Source: an uncultured Brevundimonas sp. (GTDB lineage: Bacteria > Pseudomonadota > Alphaproteobacteria > Caulobacterales > Caulobacteraceae). From it: a DNA stretch of 42,778 nt. The translations under genes and the position numbers were made by a program. This document shows positions 1 to 9,586 of this stretch, one piece after another (positions within the stretch are counted from its first letter, which is position 1; each line of letters starts with the position of its first letter). The stretch lies in contig CAYNDG010000001.1 of the NCBI GenBank assembly GCA_964395805.1, positions 1-42,778 on the forward strand. Direction: 5' to 3'. The notes under the pieces are model-generated. The model searched no databases, was not told the origin of the DNA, and was given only the letters and a program-made list of their open reading frames with translations.

Positions 1-55
1 GAGCGCATCCTTGGTAAGGCTGAGGTCGGCAGTTCGATCCTGCCCGGCGGCACCA
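1..55 (+). tRNA. tRNA-Thr(GGT), 3' portion (5' end lies outside the window); integration target
   Basis: GAGC (D-stem 3' side), anticodon arm CATCC-TTGGTAA-GGCTG with GGT at 13-15, T arm GGCAG-TTCGATC-CTGCC, 3' end GGCGGC-A-CCA. Confidence 0.9.
11..55 (+). repeat. left att core, 45-bp direct repeat
   Basis: TTGGTAAGGCTGAGGTCGGCAGTTCGATCCTGCCCGGCGGCACCA is identical to 42734-42778. Confidence 0.97.
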
Positions 56-62
56 TCTGAAA

Positions 63-82
63 GCCCGGTATTACGGGCATTT
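63..82 (+). terminator. possible terminator hairpin downstream of the tRNA
   Basis: GCCCG-GTATTA-CGGGC followed by ATTT; weak U tract. Confidence 0.35.
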
Positions 83-191
83 GCGGGCATTTCCGGCACC
101 ATCTGTGCCCGGGCAGTTTGTCTAAATCACGCAGAACATAACGTGAAGTCGTCGCTTCGGCGGGGAGATTTTGGGGAGACCCCACAATTGC

Positions 192-225
192 AGAAAGGCC
201 CGCCGCCCGGTCAGGGGCAGCGGGC
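192..225 (-). terminator. probable intrinsic terminator of the late operon
   Basis: minus strand GCCCGCTGCCC-CTGACC-GGGCGGCGGGC then CTTTCT, just after the last late gene. Confidence 0.6.
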
Positions 226-246
226 ACGGGACGGGCGGGTCAGGGG

Positions 247-1458
247 CTAGGCGGCTAGGCGTTCATCCTCATCGAACACGCCCAGCATTTCAGGCCGGGT
301 CGTGTTCCGCCCCACCTCTCCGTATTCGTCGTGATACGTGACCATGAGGCAGCCCCGCCGCGACACCAGGCCCTTGGACAAGGCGTAGTCGTCGGAGGGT
401 GCAAGGGACGGGTGCTGCGTAGCCAGAAGGCCGTCCTTTTCCTTCTCGTGAATATGATGCTGATGCCCGGCGTGGGCATAGGCGTATTCGGCCTGCCCCC
501 AGAGCGACCGGAACATGGCGGCGAACTTGCCCGCCAGCTCGGTCAGCTTCGCCCCGTGCCCGTGGTGAACGCAGATCATGACCTTGCCGAACAGCAGGGC
601 ATAGTAGGGAACGCGGGACATGGTGACGGTCAGGCGCGGGTTGTCCCGATAGACCCGGGCGATGAGCCGCTGCATCAAGACCGTCGTATATTCATCGTGG
701 TTGCCCTCTGCCCAGATGACATGAACCTCCTCATAGGCTTCCAGCGCCCTGTCGATGGCGTAGAAGGCCACGTCCTGCACAGCGTCAATCATGTCGCTGG
801 CATCGCCGTCTGCGTTGAGGACGTGCTTGGAGCGGGGCGTGACGGGCTTTAGGCTGTCGTAGTGGGCAGCATCCCCGCCGAAGCACAGAACGATCCTCTT
901 GGCCTTCGGAGCGGTCGCAATGGCATGGTCAACGCTCGCCATGATCGTCCGCTTGGCAATGGCGATATTCCACCGGCCTGCCGGATCGTCGGAGCTGATG
1001 CTTTCCCCGATATGCAGATCAAACAGGCCGAGGAAGTTTGTCAGCAGCGCGGCGGCTGCGGTCGCGGGCTTGGGAGCCGGTCGGCGCGTGAAGGCGGGCA
1101 GGTCTTTAAGCCGCCCCTCGATCCGCTGGATCATGTCGTCCAGCGATATGCCGCCGGGTGATTGCCGCTCCCAAGTCCGTTCAACCTCGCCCAGCGCGTT
1201 CCGCTGGATCGTCACCTTCCCCATGACGTTGCCGGGGGCGACACCTGACACGAAGTGCCCCGGGGCGTGACCATGCCGGGCGGCGGCCTTCTTATAGCGG
1301 TCGATGGATTCCCAGACCGCGTTTTTCGTCACCCCGAGGGCTTCGGCGGCCCTTTCATAGGTGCCGTGCTTTTCTAGGGCTTCAAGGTATTTGATTTGGG
1401 TGTCAGTGACCCAGCGGGGATAGCCTTCGTCTTCTGGCGCGGTGAACGTCAGGGGCAT
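247..1458 (-). CDS. N-terminal HTH + calcineurin-like metallophosphoesterase
   Basis: HTH 'TYERAAEALGVTKNAVWESI'; motifs DLHIG, GGDAAH, GNHD, HHGH, GHQHH; ATG at 1458 overlaps the upstream stop (TGATG). Confidence 0.8.
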   Translation of the reverse strand: MPLTFTAPEDEGYPRWVTDTQIKYLEALEKHGTYERAAEALGVTKNAVWESIDRYKKAAARHGHAPGHFVSGVAPGNVMGKVTIQRNALGEVERTWERQSPGGISLDDMIQRIEGRLKDLPAFTRRPAPKPATAAAALLTNFLGLFDLHIGESISSDDPAGRWNIAIAKRTIMASVDHAIATAPKAKRIVLCFGGDAAHYDSLKPVTPRSKHVLNADGDASDMIDAVQDVAFYAIDRALEAYEEVHVIWAEGNHDEYTTVLMQRLIARVYRDNPRLTVTMSRVPYYALLFGKVMICVHHGHGAKLTELAGKFAAMFRSLWGQAEYAYAHAGHQHHIHEKEKDGLLATQHPSLAPSDDYALSKGLVSRRGCLMVTYHDEYGEVGRNTTRPEMLGVFDEDERLAA

Positions 1459-1760
1459 CACCAGACTTTCCAAAGCGGCCTGCGGGCCGGGGGAGTAATC
1501 GCGCGCTGCTGTGCGTCGAACGCCTGCACCGCTAGGTCTCTGCGACCATCACAAACACCGAGGGCCATTCCTCGCGCGAGATAGGTCGCGTCGAGATCGG
1601 CCTGCGTCGGGTTGTCAGGGAGGACCGGCAAGGGGCACGGCTCCCGGGCCGCGTCAGGGAGCGTCAGGATGGGCGGCGCATAGCCCTGTGTCTCGGCACA
1701 GGCGGTCGTCAGCAGCACGCAGGCGCATAGCCCGCTCGTCAGAAAGGGGCGTGTCAGCAT
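1458..1760 (-). CDS. Rz1-like o-spanin lipoprotein
   Basis: signal peptide and lipobox-like 'LLTTAC', Pro-rich, overlaps the 3' end of the Rz-like gene in another frame. Confidence 0.75.
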   Translation of the reverse strand: MLTRPFLTSGLCACVLLTTACAETQGYAPPILTLPDAAREPCPLPVLPDNPTQADLDATYLARGMALGVCDGRRDLAVQAFDAQQRAITPPARRPLWKVW

Positions 1761-2055
1761 CGGGGGCGCTCCGGGCTTCGGCAATCGCTTGTGCGGTGCC
1801 TTCGCGGATGATGATTTCGCGGGTGTGCAGGGTCTCGACGGCTTGGCCGATCTCGGCATTGCCGGTCGCCTCGCGGGTCAGGGTGTCGATCTGGCCTTCC
1901 AGCTTTTCAGCCTTGGCCACCGCGCGCTTTGACTGCCATTGCGGGGTGAACGGCACATACGACAGTCCGAAGTTCACGACCGATACCAGGATGATGAACG
2001 CGGCGACGAAGGCCAGCCACTTGAGGGCCGTGCGGGTCAGGGCGCGGGCGATCAT
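1654..2055 (-). CDS. Rz-like i-spanin
   Basis: N-terminal TM helix, coiled coil, C-terminal Cys; ATGA overlap with the endolysin stop. Confidence 0.75.
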   Translation of the reverse strand: MIARALTRTALKWLAFVAAFIILVSVVNFGLSYVPFTPQWQSKRAVAKAEKLEGQIDTLTREATGNAEIGQAVETLHTREIIIREGTAQAIAEARSAPDADTPLSDERAMRLRAADDRLCRDTGLCAAHPDAP

Positions 2056-2534
2056 AGGCCAGCCGGGATTTCGTAGTGGGGGCCATCGGTGAACGCGCGC
2101 TTGCCTGCCCTTCGGCGAGCGGCTCCATAGGCCTCCACGGCCTTGCGCATATCGTCGGCGGTCGTGCCCTTGATCTGGCTCATAAACTGCCAGCACCCGC
2201 CCCAGCGGATTTGCACGTTAAGCTCGGCGGCGGCCTGCTTGACGGCGGCGGCGATGGGGTAAATCGCATCCCATTCCCACCGGACCTTGCCGTTGATGTA
2301 GGGGACCAGATCGACCGCGTGGCCATACCCGGATGCCTGCTTGCGGTGCATGGAGTTCATGGTCTGCGAAGCCCCACGGCGGACCAGTTCCCGCTGTTCG
2401 GCTTCGGTGCGGAGGCCGTCGTGAACGGTGAAGTCCTGCGGAGTGATTTCGATGGCGCGCTTGACGACCGCGACCAGACGGGGATCGACCCCTTCCAGCT
2501 CGGCAAGCGAACGGGCACCAAGGCGATAGGCCAT
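2052..2534 (-). CDS. endolysin, M15-family (L-Ala-D-Glu) peptidase
   Basis: GLRTxxEQ, SMH, GHAVDL and DGPHYE zinc-peptidase motifs, T5-endolysin-like. Confidence 0.9.
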   Translation of the reverse strand: MAYRLGARSLAELEGVDPRLVAVVKRAIEITPQDFTVHDGLRTEAEQRELVRRGASQTMNSMHRKQASGYGHAVDLVPYINGKVRWEWDAIYPIAAAVKQAAAELNVQIRWGGCWQFMSQIKGTTADDMRKAVEAYGAARRRAGKRAFTDGPHYEIPAGL

Positions 2535-2560
2535 GGCAGTCTCCTGTGTTTAGGGGGGGG

Positions 2561-2815
2561 CTAGGGCCTTTTCAGCAGGCTTGCCGACTTGAGGATGCGG
2601 GCCAGATCGGATGCGCTCGCACCGCCCATGTAGAGCAAGGCGAAGATCACGTTCGACAGGATCAACGCCAGCGCCACCCACATCAGGGACCGGGCGTCGT
2701 CCATCTTGTAGATCGCCCAGCCGGTGAGGCCGGAGTTAACAGCGACAGCGCCATAGGTCAGGATGCGCCGCCAGCGAAAATGGGGTTCCGGAAGCGGGTC
2801 CTGAAGGTCGCTCAT
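2561..2815 (-). CDS. putative holin
   Basis: 84 aa, two TM segments, directly upstream of the endolysin. Confidence 0.6.
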   Translation of the reverse strand: MSDLQDPLPEPHFRWRRILTYGAVAVNSGLTGWAIYKMDDARSLMWVALALILSNVIFALLYMGGASASDLARILKSASLLKRP

Positions 2816-3069
2816 CGCGGGGCCTCAACCGGGATCGTCGGCGGGTTCCGGCCCTCGGCTTCCCATAGCTGCACAGCCAGCCAGCCGGTCAGCGCGCACA
2901 TGATCCCGACAGCAAGCCGGATCACCCATTTCATGCCGTCCTTGAGTTCGCGGATTGAGCTGTTCAACTCGCCATAGCGCAGGGCACATTCCGCCTCGTG
3001 CTTGGTCTGGGCGGCCTCTACGCGGTCAACGTCGCGTTGCAGGCCAGCCATGCTGAGTTTTCCAGTCAT
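2812..3069 (-). CDS. membrane protein of the lysis cassette (holin/antiholin-like)
   Basis: coiled coil plus a single TM segment; coupled to both neighbours. Confidence 0.5.
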   Translation of the reverse strand: MTGKLSMAGLQRDVDRVEAAQTKHEAECALRYGELNSSIRELKDGMKWVIRLAVGIMCALTGWLAVQLWEAEGRNPPTIPVEAPR

Positions 3070-3338
3070 TCCACGGCTCCGATCACGGCAAGGGCTTCAG
3101 CTTCATCCGCGAACCGGAGGGCCACGGTCATTGTGGGGTTGTCGGGATCGTCGCCAGCCCAGACACGCATCAGGGTCTCGGGCGTGACGACATACGGCTC
3201 AAGGTCCGGTCGTTCAGCCAGGATTGCCGTCGTCGTGTTGACGTGAAATCCGGGGTAGATAACCTCGGCATGGGTCAGGACGTTATCGGCGTCATAGACC
3301 GCATCCCGGCGCAGCACTCCGATCATATCGAACATCAT
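3066..3338 (-). CDS. hypothetical protein, possible fibre-associated chaperone
   Basis: 90 aa, RBS GGAG, directly follows the fibre gene. Confidence 0.5.
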   Translation of the reverse strand: MMFDMIGVLRRDAVYDADNVLTHAEVIYPGFHVNTTTAILAERPDLEPYVVTPETLMRVWAGDDPDNPTMTVALRFADEAEALAVIGAVE

Positions 3339-3346
3339 GGGCGCTC

Positions 3347-4777
3347 CTATGCGGTCAGGGTCTGAAGCTGGGCGTCGGTCAGGGCGGCGGGGATGATGAC
3401 CAGACGGCGGATGAACCCGCTCAACTGGTTGGCCCCGGTGCTGATACCGCCGATGGTCAGACGGGTCAGGGCAGAGGGAACCGCACCGGAGGTGTCAGCC
3501 GTGGAAAGCGTCCCGCCCCGGGCCATGCGGAAGTCATTGACCCTTGACCGATAGGCCAGCTTGACCGTCGCATCGATTGCCGCCGTGCCCGCCACCTCAA
3601 CGGAGGCCGTGGTGCTTGAGGCCGCCACGGTCGCAAAGCCCAAGGCCCCGTTGACGTTGTTCGCATAGACGCGGTCCGCCGTGGTGCCCCCATCCAGATC
3701 GAAGATGAACCGGCCTGCGGAGGTGACAGTCGAATCGCCGCCGGTCAGGGCAATATCCGCCGCGACCGTGACTTCCTGCCCGATGGTCAGGCCGGTGATC
3801 TGGATAACGTCCGCCGCACGGGTGGCGCTCGATCCCGTGGTGACGATGGGCGAGGTTGCCCGGCTGCCGGTCTCGATCTGGAAGCCCGCAAACTTGAGGG
3901 TCCGCGTGTTCTGGGTGGCTTGTCGGAAGATGCCGCAGTTCGTGCTTGAAATGGACCCCGCCGTGGTGAAGGTGTGCCACACCAGCCACGTATTTCCCGA
4001 CAGACGCAGGTAGTTGTAGGTGCCAGACGAAAGCACCACCCCGGCCATGACAAAACTGAAGTCGGTGCTGGCGTTGTTCGGTCCGCCAACCGGTGACGAC
4101 CCGTCCGGGGTCTCAATCATGCAGGACGCGGTGTAGGTGGTCGCGGCAGTCAGGGTGACGGCCTGATAGGCAATGCCGACGCCACCCGCGCCGACTTGAA
4201 GCCATTGCAGGCTGGAAATCGGCGGGCTTGAAGGCTCGGTCGTGTTGGACGTGTTCGTGCCTGTGCCAAGCTGCGCGGTCGTCGGCGCATACCGGGGAAA
4301 GAGATTGGTCGCAGCAGGCTCAACCAGCAGCCCCCGGTCGGTGATCCGCGCCGCGCCCGATGCGAACGAGGTAAACGTGCCCGCGACCGTCCGCGCATAG
4401 CCCGTGCTGGCCCGGGTGATCGTGATGCCCGGCATATCGGCAAGGGCCGTGTCCTCCGTCCCGCCAATCCGGTAATAGGCCGGAGAGGCCAGCGGCAGCA
4501 CCTCCACGCCACCCGACAGGAAGGCCGACGCATTCGACAGGAGCGTGATCCCATACAGGTCAGCCCGACCCATGATGCGGAGGATTTCCGCTGTGCGGTC
4601 GGCGGCCTCATCGCGGGCCGTCTCGGCAGCAGCTTGCGCGGCCTCGGCAGCGTCCTGCGCATCCTCTGCGGCATCCTTCGCAGTGGTCGCAGCCGTAACC
4701 AGGGGCGTCAGCAGTTCGGAGCCGGTGATCGTGACTTGGACGGTCTCGTTAACGACAGTGGCGACAGCATCAGACAT
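3347..4777 (-). CDS. tail fibre/spike (receptor-binding) protein
   Basis: N-terminal Ala-rich coiled coil, 'TRASTG...GLLVEPAATNL', 'QIETGSRATSPIVT..ATRAAD' and a LamG-like C-terminus. Confidence 0.75.
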   Translation of the reverse strand: MSDAVATVVNETVQVTITGSELLTPLVTAATTAKDAAEDAQDAAEAAQAAAETARDEAADRTAEILRIMGRADLYGITLLSNASAFLSGGVEVLPLASPAYYRIGGTEDTALADMPGITITRASTGYARTVAGTFTSFASGAARITDRGLLVEPAATNLFPRYAPTTAQLGTGTNTSNTTEPSSPPISSLQWLQVGAGGVGIAYQAVTLTAATTYTASCMIETPDGSSPVGGPNNASTDFSFVMAGVVLSSGTYNYLRLSGNTWLVWHTFTTAGSISSTNCGIFRQATQNTRTLKFAGFQIETGSRATSPIVTTGSSATRAADVIQITGLTIGQEVTVAADIALTGGDSTVTSAGRFIFDLDGGTTADRVYANNVNGALGFATVAASSTTASVEVAGTAAIDATVKLAYRSRVNDFRMARGGTLSTADTSGAVPSALTRLTIGGISTGANQLSGFIRRLVIIPAALTDAQLQTLTA

Positions 4778-5192
4778 TTTTCGTCACCCCTTCGGCGATG
4801 GTGAAAGTCCCCTCAAACCAGCGGGCTTTCGTGCCCCCGGACGGCGTGATGAGGAGGTCGTAATAAAGCGGCCCGGCATCGGTCCCCGGCGTCCGGTTCG
4901 GCGTCCCGCTTGTCACCGAGAACGGCAGCAGGTTCTCAAGCGTGGTTTCATCAATGCGGATTTCGATGGTCGAGGCCGGAACGCCGCCCGTCGTCACAAC
5001 CGACACGCTGATGCCCTGCGTCGGACTGGACGCGTTCGCCAGCGCAATGAGGGGATCACCCGGCGCGCCCTTATACGACCGGACCTCCATGACGAAGGTC
5101 GCACTGGTCAGGTCATACGCATCGACCCTGATCTGATACTTGAACGGCACCCAGCGCAAAGGGCGCAGGTTCAGGGAACCCGGTGTGATCAT
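4770..5192 (-). CDS. virion adaptor/baseplate-upper-like protein
   Basis: 'DLTSATFVMEVR...YYDLLIT...EGTFTIxxGVT' pattern typical of fibre-attachment adaptors. Confidence 0.55.
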   Translation of the reverse strand: MITPGSLNLRPLRWVPFKYQIRVDAYDLTSATFVMEVRSYKGAPGDPLIALANASSPTQGISVSVVTTGGVPASTIEIRIDETTLENLLPFSVTSGTPNRTPGTDAGPLYYDLLITPSGGTKARWFEGTFTIAEGVTKNV

Positions 5193-5214
5193 GTGGATTG
5201 TCCGTGAGCTAGGG

Positions 5215-8200
5215 CTAGGAGGTCGTGCGCTGGACCTGCACGTAAAGCCGGAATCCGGCATCCAGCAGGGATTTGCGCCCGCTGGTCAGTGCCATCAGGA
5301 GCGAATAGGTCCGCGTCGAGTCTGAGGGCACAATCAAAGGCAAGCTGCCTCGGCTGGGCGCGCGGGAGGTGTTCGCCGCACCGTCAACAGTGACTATGTT
5401 GATGTAATCGTCCGTCCCGCCACCGCTTCCGACAGGCGTTGCGGACCATGTTCCGCTCTGGATTTGGCGAGACGCAGATTCAAAAATCTCCACGATCTGC
5501 CAAGTCCCATCAGGCTGAGAAGCCCCAGAGATGCTTTGCCGGGTGTTTTCCGGACTGGTCTCAATCTCCAGAACAAACCACGCGACGATTGACGCCCCGC
5601 GAGGAACCGTCAGTTCAATCGAAGCGACCGGCGTGTCCGAAGTCGATGCCACATCGGTCTGGGCAGAATATGTGGACTGGATGCCCCACATATCCACTTC
5701 GGTAATCACCGAAGACTCCTGCACCTTGAGCGCCCTCGGCGTGAGCGAGGTATCGATGAAAATGTCACCGTCCTGAAGGCCCGCCGTGATAGCCGCAGCG
5801 TTCCCGGCATAGGCACCCAGGTATCGGCCCCGGACCTTGGCCTCCGTCAAGGCAGACGTGGCCAGCGGACCCAGCGAAGAGGCATCCGCCTTGCCCGCCA
5901 GCGCGGTTGCCGCCGCATGGTCCAGCTCCGCGAGGTTCGCCGGATTGACCTGTGCGCCACTCTCGATCCCGGCCAGTTTCGTGGCCGCCGCATTGTCCAC
6001 ATTGGCCAGCGACTTGCCCGTCACCTTGGCAGAGGCGAGGTCAACGGCAGCATCCGCCAGCTTGGTCCCGCTGATCGCCCCGTCCGCGACTTGCGAGGTG
6101 CCAACCGTGCCCGGCAGGCTCGAAAGGTTCACCTGCACACTGGTCCCGGCACCGGTCAGCACACCATCGGCGCTTAGGCTGATCGCGCTGTTGAGGATGC
6201 CTTCCGAACCCGACAGGCTGGCCAGATTGGCAGGCCGCGACGACACGCTGGACCACACCGCCGTCTGGCCCAGATTGGCCCCGTCGGTCAGCTCGTTCGT
6301 GTTGGTGATGTAGTTGGCATTGAGCGCGCCGGTGAAGCTGCCCCCGCCGGTATAGCGCAGCAGGTTTGACGTATCCGCCAAGGCCGAGGGGATCGCGGTT
6401 TGCAGAACCCCCGAGGCATTGAGCGCCGTGCCGATACGACCGTCCGTCAGCTCCGTGGGCCGGTTGGACACGTTCGCGGACCAGTCAGCCCCAGCCGTCG
6501 CCGCAAGGTCGCCAGAGAACAGCCCGCCGCCCGTCCGACGCAGCAGGTTAGAGCTATCGGCAAGCGTTGACGGAATGGCAGTCTGCAACACACCCGACGC
6601 ATTAAGCGCGGTCGTGATCCGGCCATCGGTCAGCTCGGTCGGACGGCCCGTGACGTTCGTGGTCCAGTCCGCACCATCGGTGGCGTCCAGATCGCCCGTA
6701 AAGTCCCCCCCGCCCGTGCGGCGAAGGATATTCAGGTCGTTCAGGTTGTCCGTGTCGATCTCGACCGTGACCACCACGCTGCCCAGCGACACCGGGTCCG
6801 ACAGGTCATAAGCACCCGGACCGCCCGAGCGCGTCACCAGCCAGTAATACCAGGTTCCCGGGCCGGGCTTGTGCGTCGCCGTCTGCGCCTCGCCAGCATC
6901 CCCGCCCTTCGATCCGATCTGCACCGCATTGGCGAAGGTCGAGTCCGGGCTGTAATAGATGAAGGTCCGGAAGAAACGCGCCTCGCCATTCGTCCAGCCA
7001 ATCGTCACCGTGTCGCCGGAGACCGAGATTGACGTGAGGGTCGGCGGATCGACCTCAAACGTATCCGGGCCGGTCGGGGTCACAGTGCCCGGGCCGTTCG
7101 CCGTCTGGGCAAGGGCCGCCGCGTGTTTGGCGTCCGTCTCCTGCCGGAACTCGATCATGACCTTCAAGGTCATCGGGTCAATCGACCGCTTCAGGCACTT
7201 GACCTTCACGCCGTCCAGCAGGAAGCCCGGCTCATCAAAGGTGAAGCAATCGCCCGGCTGGACCTGACGCATATGCGGCTTGAACGGCACCCGGCCCGTC
7301 ACCGCCTCGCGCGCATCGGCAATCGCGTAATAGGCCAGTTGCGCGGCTTGATCCCCGTCGCCGACATAGGGGAAATCAATCCCCCGGGTCCGCTTGATCG
7401 AGGCGTCCTCCGTGACCCACGCGCTATTCGACACCGGGCCAAGCTGCGTCATCTGCCAGCGATGATTTGACGACCAGAACCGGGGCAAGGCCGTGTTGAT
7501 GCGCTCAAGCCGGGACTGCCCCAGATTGACCTCAACCGGTCCCGCCGTGTCCGCCGCCGTCACCGTGACGACCGACGCCTGCGCCTCGCCATAGGTCACG
7601 CACGAGATGCGCCCGGCATTGCGCGAGGGATACGCGCCCCCCGCCTGCAACAGCGCGGTCATCACCTGAAACTTGTCATCCTTCGTGGTCGGCAGAGCAG
7701 CCACGCCCCAGCCGTTTGCCTCAGCCACGTTTGCCGCGTTCACAAAGGCCGCAACGTCGATCCCGTCGATGCTGGACCCCACGCCCGCGACCAGAGAACA
7801 CGCATAGGGCACACCATAGGCCCCGCCCCCGCTGTCGCCTTCCCAAATGCCGATTGCCCAGTTGAGCGCTGCGATGATCGGGTTGTCGATATAGACCCAG
7901 GTATCGGGATCATTGATCCGGCAAGCCCCCACGCCCCCCGGATAGGTTCCGTCCTCGCGCGGGTCGTAGCCGAAGCGCCCGTCAAACTCGACCAGCGGCT
8001 TGGGCAGACCCCCGCGATAGGCCGTGAACTTCGAGTTTTCAAAGCACGTCATCATGAAGGCCGAACGACCGTTCATCTTGTAGTCCGCGCCCCACTTCGG
8101 CAGGGTCGCAGAGCCTTCCAGACCGCTAGGCGACGACAGGGCCGTGTCGGGTTGATCCCCGTCTTTCAGGGTGAACCAAAGCTCATTGACGTGATCGCCG

Positions 8201-8601
8201 TCCGCAGCCGCGCCGCCTGATCCAAAGGTGGTCAGCTCATCGTCAATGCGGATCGTGTAGTTGCCCTGAACCGGCCCGGCGGAAAGGGTGGCGACAACGG
8301 ACTGATAGCGATTGGTCGGTCCATAGCTGGCGCGGTGCGCGACAACGCCCGCCGTGGCGACATGTCCAAAGGCAACCGGGATGCCCGCGTCAGTGTCCAG
8401 CCGGAAAGCCGTGGGCGAACCCTCAGCGCCGACGCCGGGCGACAGCGCCGACGTAATCGCCGTGGCGGCAACGGACCCGGCAAGGTTTACCGCCGTGACC
8501 GTCAACGTCTGCGCCAGTGTGGCAGACCCTGCCGCGACTGCAGCCGAAGCCGATGAAACGTAGGTGAAGGCGCTAGCGGCAAAGGCGGCTATTTGCGGCA
8601 C
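5215..8601 (-). CDS. central tail fibre / host-specificity protein (gpJ/GTA-like)
   Basis: large tail-tip protein with 'GYDPR', 'DNPIIAAL', an FN3-like domain and an internal repeat stalk; GTG start at 8601 with GGAGG RBS. Confidence 0.8.
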   Translation of the reverse strand: MPQIAAFAASAFTYVSSASAAVAAGSATLAQTLTVTAVNLAGSVAATAITSALSPGVGAEGSPTAFRLDTDAGIPVAFGHVATAGVVAHRASYGPTNRYQSVVATLSAGPVQGNYTIRIDDELTTFGSGGAAADGDHVNELWFTLKDGDQPDTALSSPSGLEGSATLPKWGADYKMNGRSAFMMTCFENSKFTAYRGGLPKPLVEFDGRFGYDPREDGTYPGGVGACRINDPDTWVYIDNPIIAALNWAIGIWEGDSGGGAYGVPYACSLVAGVGSSIDGIDVAAFVNAANVAEANGWGVAALPTTKDDKFQVMTALLQAGGAYPSRNAGRISCVTYGEAQASVVTVTAADTAGPVEVNLGQSRLERINTALPRFWSSNHRWQMTQLGPVSNSAWVTEDASIKRTRGIDFPYVGDGDQAAQLAYYAIADAREAVTGRVPFKPHMRQVQPGDCFTFDEPGFLLDGVKVKCLKRSIDPMTLKVMIEFRQETDAKHAAALAQTANGPGTVTPTGPDTFEVDPPTLTSISVSGDTVTIGWTNGEARFFRTFIYYSPDSTFANAVQIGSKGGDAGEAQTATHKPGPGTWYYWLVTRSGGPGAYDLSDPVSLGSVVVTVEIDTDNLNDLNILRRTGGGDFTGDLDATDGADWTTNVTGRPTELTDGRITTALNASGVLQTAIPSTLADSSNLLRRTGGGLFSGDLAATAGADWSANVSNRPTELTDGRIGTALNASGVLQTAIPSALADTSNLLRYTGGGSFTGALNANYITNTNELTDGANLGQTAVWSSVSSRPANLASLSGSEGILNSAISLSADGVLTGAGTSVQVNLSSLPGTVGTSQVADGAISGTKLADAAVDLASAKVTGKSLANVDNAAATKLAGIESGAQVNPANLAELDHAAATALAGKADASSLGPLATSALTEAKVRGRYLGAYAGNAAAITAGLQDGDIFIDTSLTPRALKVQESSVITEVDMWGIQSTYSAQTDVASTSDTPVASIELTVPRGASIVAWFVLEIETSPENTRQSISGASQPDGTWQIVEIFESASRQIQSGTWSATPVGSGGGTDDYINIVTVDGAANTSRAPSRGSLPLIVPSDSTRTYSLLMALTSGRKSLLDAGFRLYVQVQRTTS
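6320..6732 (-). repeat. 183-bp (61-aa) tandem repeat, ~2.3 copies, within the tail fibre
   Basis: units start at 6732, 6549 and 6366: N(I/L)LR(R/Y)TGGGxFxGxLxA...RPTELTDGRIxTALNASGVLQTAIPSxLAD. Confidence 0.9.
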
Positions 8602-9014
8602 GGTTGAACCCTCCATGCACACAGGATTTGGCTCGGGATCACGACCTGACCCACGCCGTCCTTAAATCCAAAGACCCGCCCGTTGCCGACCGACACCGAC
8701 AGGGCACAGCCCCACGGCCCGTCATCACAAGGCATGGCCACAATATCCCCGGCAATCGCCCGCGCGCCCGCAATCCGGGTCAGGCCCGGCAGGCTATCAA
8801 CGGCCTCGATCAGATCTTCAAATCCCAGCTTCTTGAGCGCCTTCAGACCACCCTCAAGCGTCGTGTAGCGAGCGCCCTTCAGCGGAGCGCACCCGACCCC
8901 CTGACAGTGCAGGGCATGGGCCGCCAGCCTCACGCAGTCGCGCCTTGACTTCGGATCAAAAGCCTTGCCGCCGAACCGGTCGATGCAAGCCTGCGCCGCC
9001 TCGCCCCGCGTCAT
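8589..9014 (-). CDS. tail-tip NlpC/P60-like protein (DUF6950-like)
   Basis: 'FDPKSRRDCVRLAA', 'AGDIV'; lies between hub and fibre genes. Confidence 0.7.
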   Translation of the reverse strand: MTRGEAAQACIDRFGGKAFDPKSRRDCVRLAAHALHCQGVGCAPLKGARYTTLEGGLKALKKLGFEDLIEAVDSLPGLTRIAGARAIAGDIVAMPCDDGPWGCALSVSVGNGRVFGFKDGVGQVVIPSQILCAWRVQPCRK

Positions 9015-9586
9015 CGGTAAGGGTTCCTCGGGTCGTCCTGACGCCAGTAAACTTCGGCCTCGGTCTCGACCACGTTCTCATAGCCCTTATCGCCGGGCCA
9101 GACGCTCTTCTGGAACGAGTCCGTCAGACGCTGTTCCTCGTTCGGCTCCAGCATCCGGGCTTCCTCGGTAATGCAGTCGTAAACCAGCGTCCCCTCGCCC
9201 ACGGACAGGCGGGGTTGATCCAGCTCGCCACGGAAAAGCAATTCCGGCTCCCCGATCAGCGCGCCGGTCGAGCGGTTGACCGCCCCCAGATGCACCGTGA
9301 CCAGAGACCCTTGCACAGTCGGGGCAACCAGCAGGGCCAAAGCCGTCGCGTCACAATCGATCGTCAGGGCGCACACCGTGGCCTCGCCCGTCACGCCGTC
9401 CGTGATTTCCTCAACCGACGACAGGAAGCCATAGGTCGCGTCCTCAGCCTGGTATGTCTCGCCGTCCCATTCCACAAACCCGCCATTGGTCCAGCGGATC
9501 GTCACGGCAGAAGGCAGGCTGACGGTTACAAGCAGAGCCTCGGTCGGGGCCGCTGCCTCAAGGGCAGTAATCAGCGCCGCGTCCAT
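9011..9586 (-). CDS. tail hub / minor tail protein
   Basis: position and 'LLFRGELD...QKSVWPGDKG' pattern. Confidence 0.65.
   Translation of the reverse strand: MDAALITALEAAAPTEALLVTVSLPSAVTIRWTNGGFVEWDGETYQAEDATYGFLSSVEEITDGVTGEATVCALTIDCDATALALLVAPTVQGSLVTVHLGAVNRSTGALIGEPELLFRGELDQPRLSVGEGTLVYDCITEEARMLEPNEEQRLTDSFQKSVWPGDKGYENVVETEAEVYWRQDDPRNPYR

Noticed and set aside
11-250. 79-aa ORF starting in the att site
   Set aside because: Overlaps the tRNA and att; no RBS, no motif
6320-6732. Possible diversity-generating retroelement TR/VR or CRISPR-like repeats
   Set aside because: In-frame tandem protein repeats; no reverse transcriptase, no cas genes, no spacer pattern anywhere in the window
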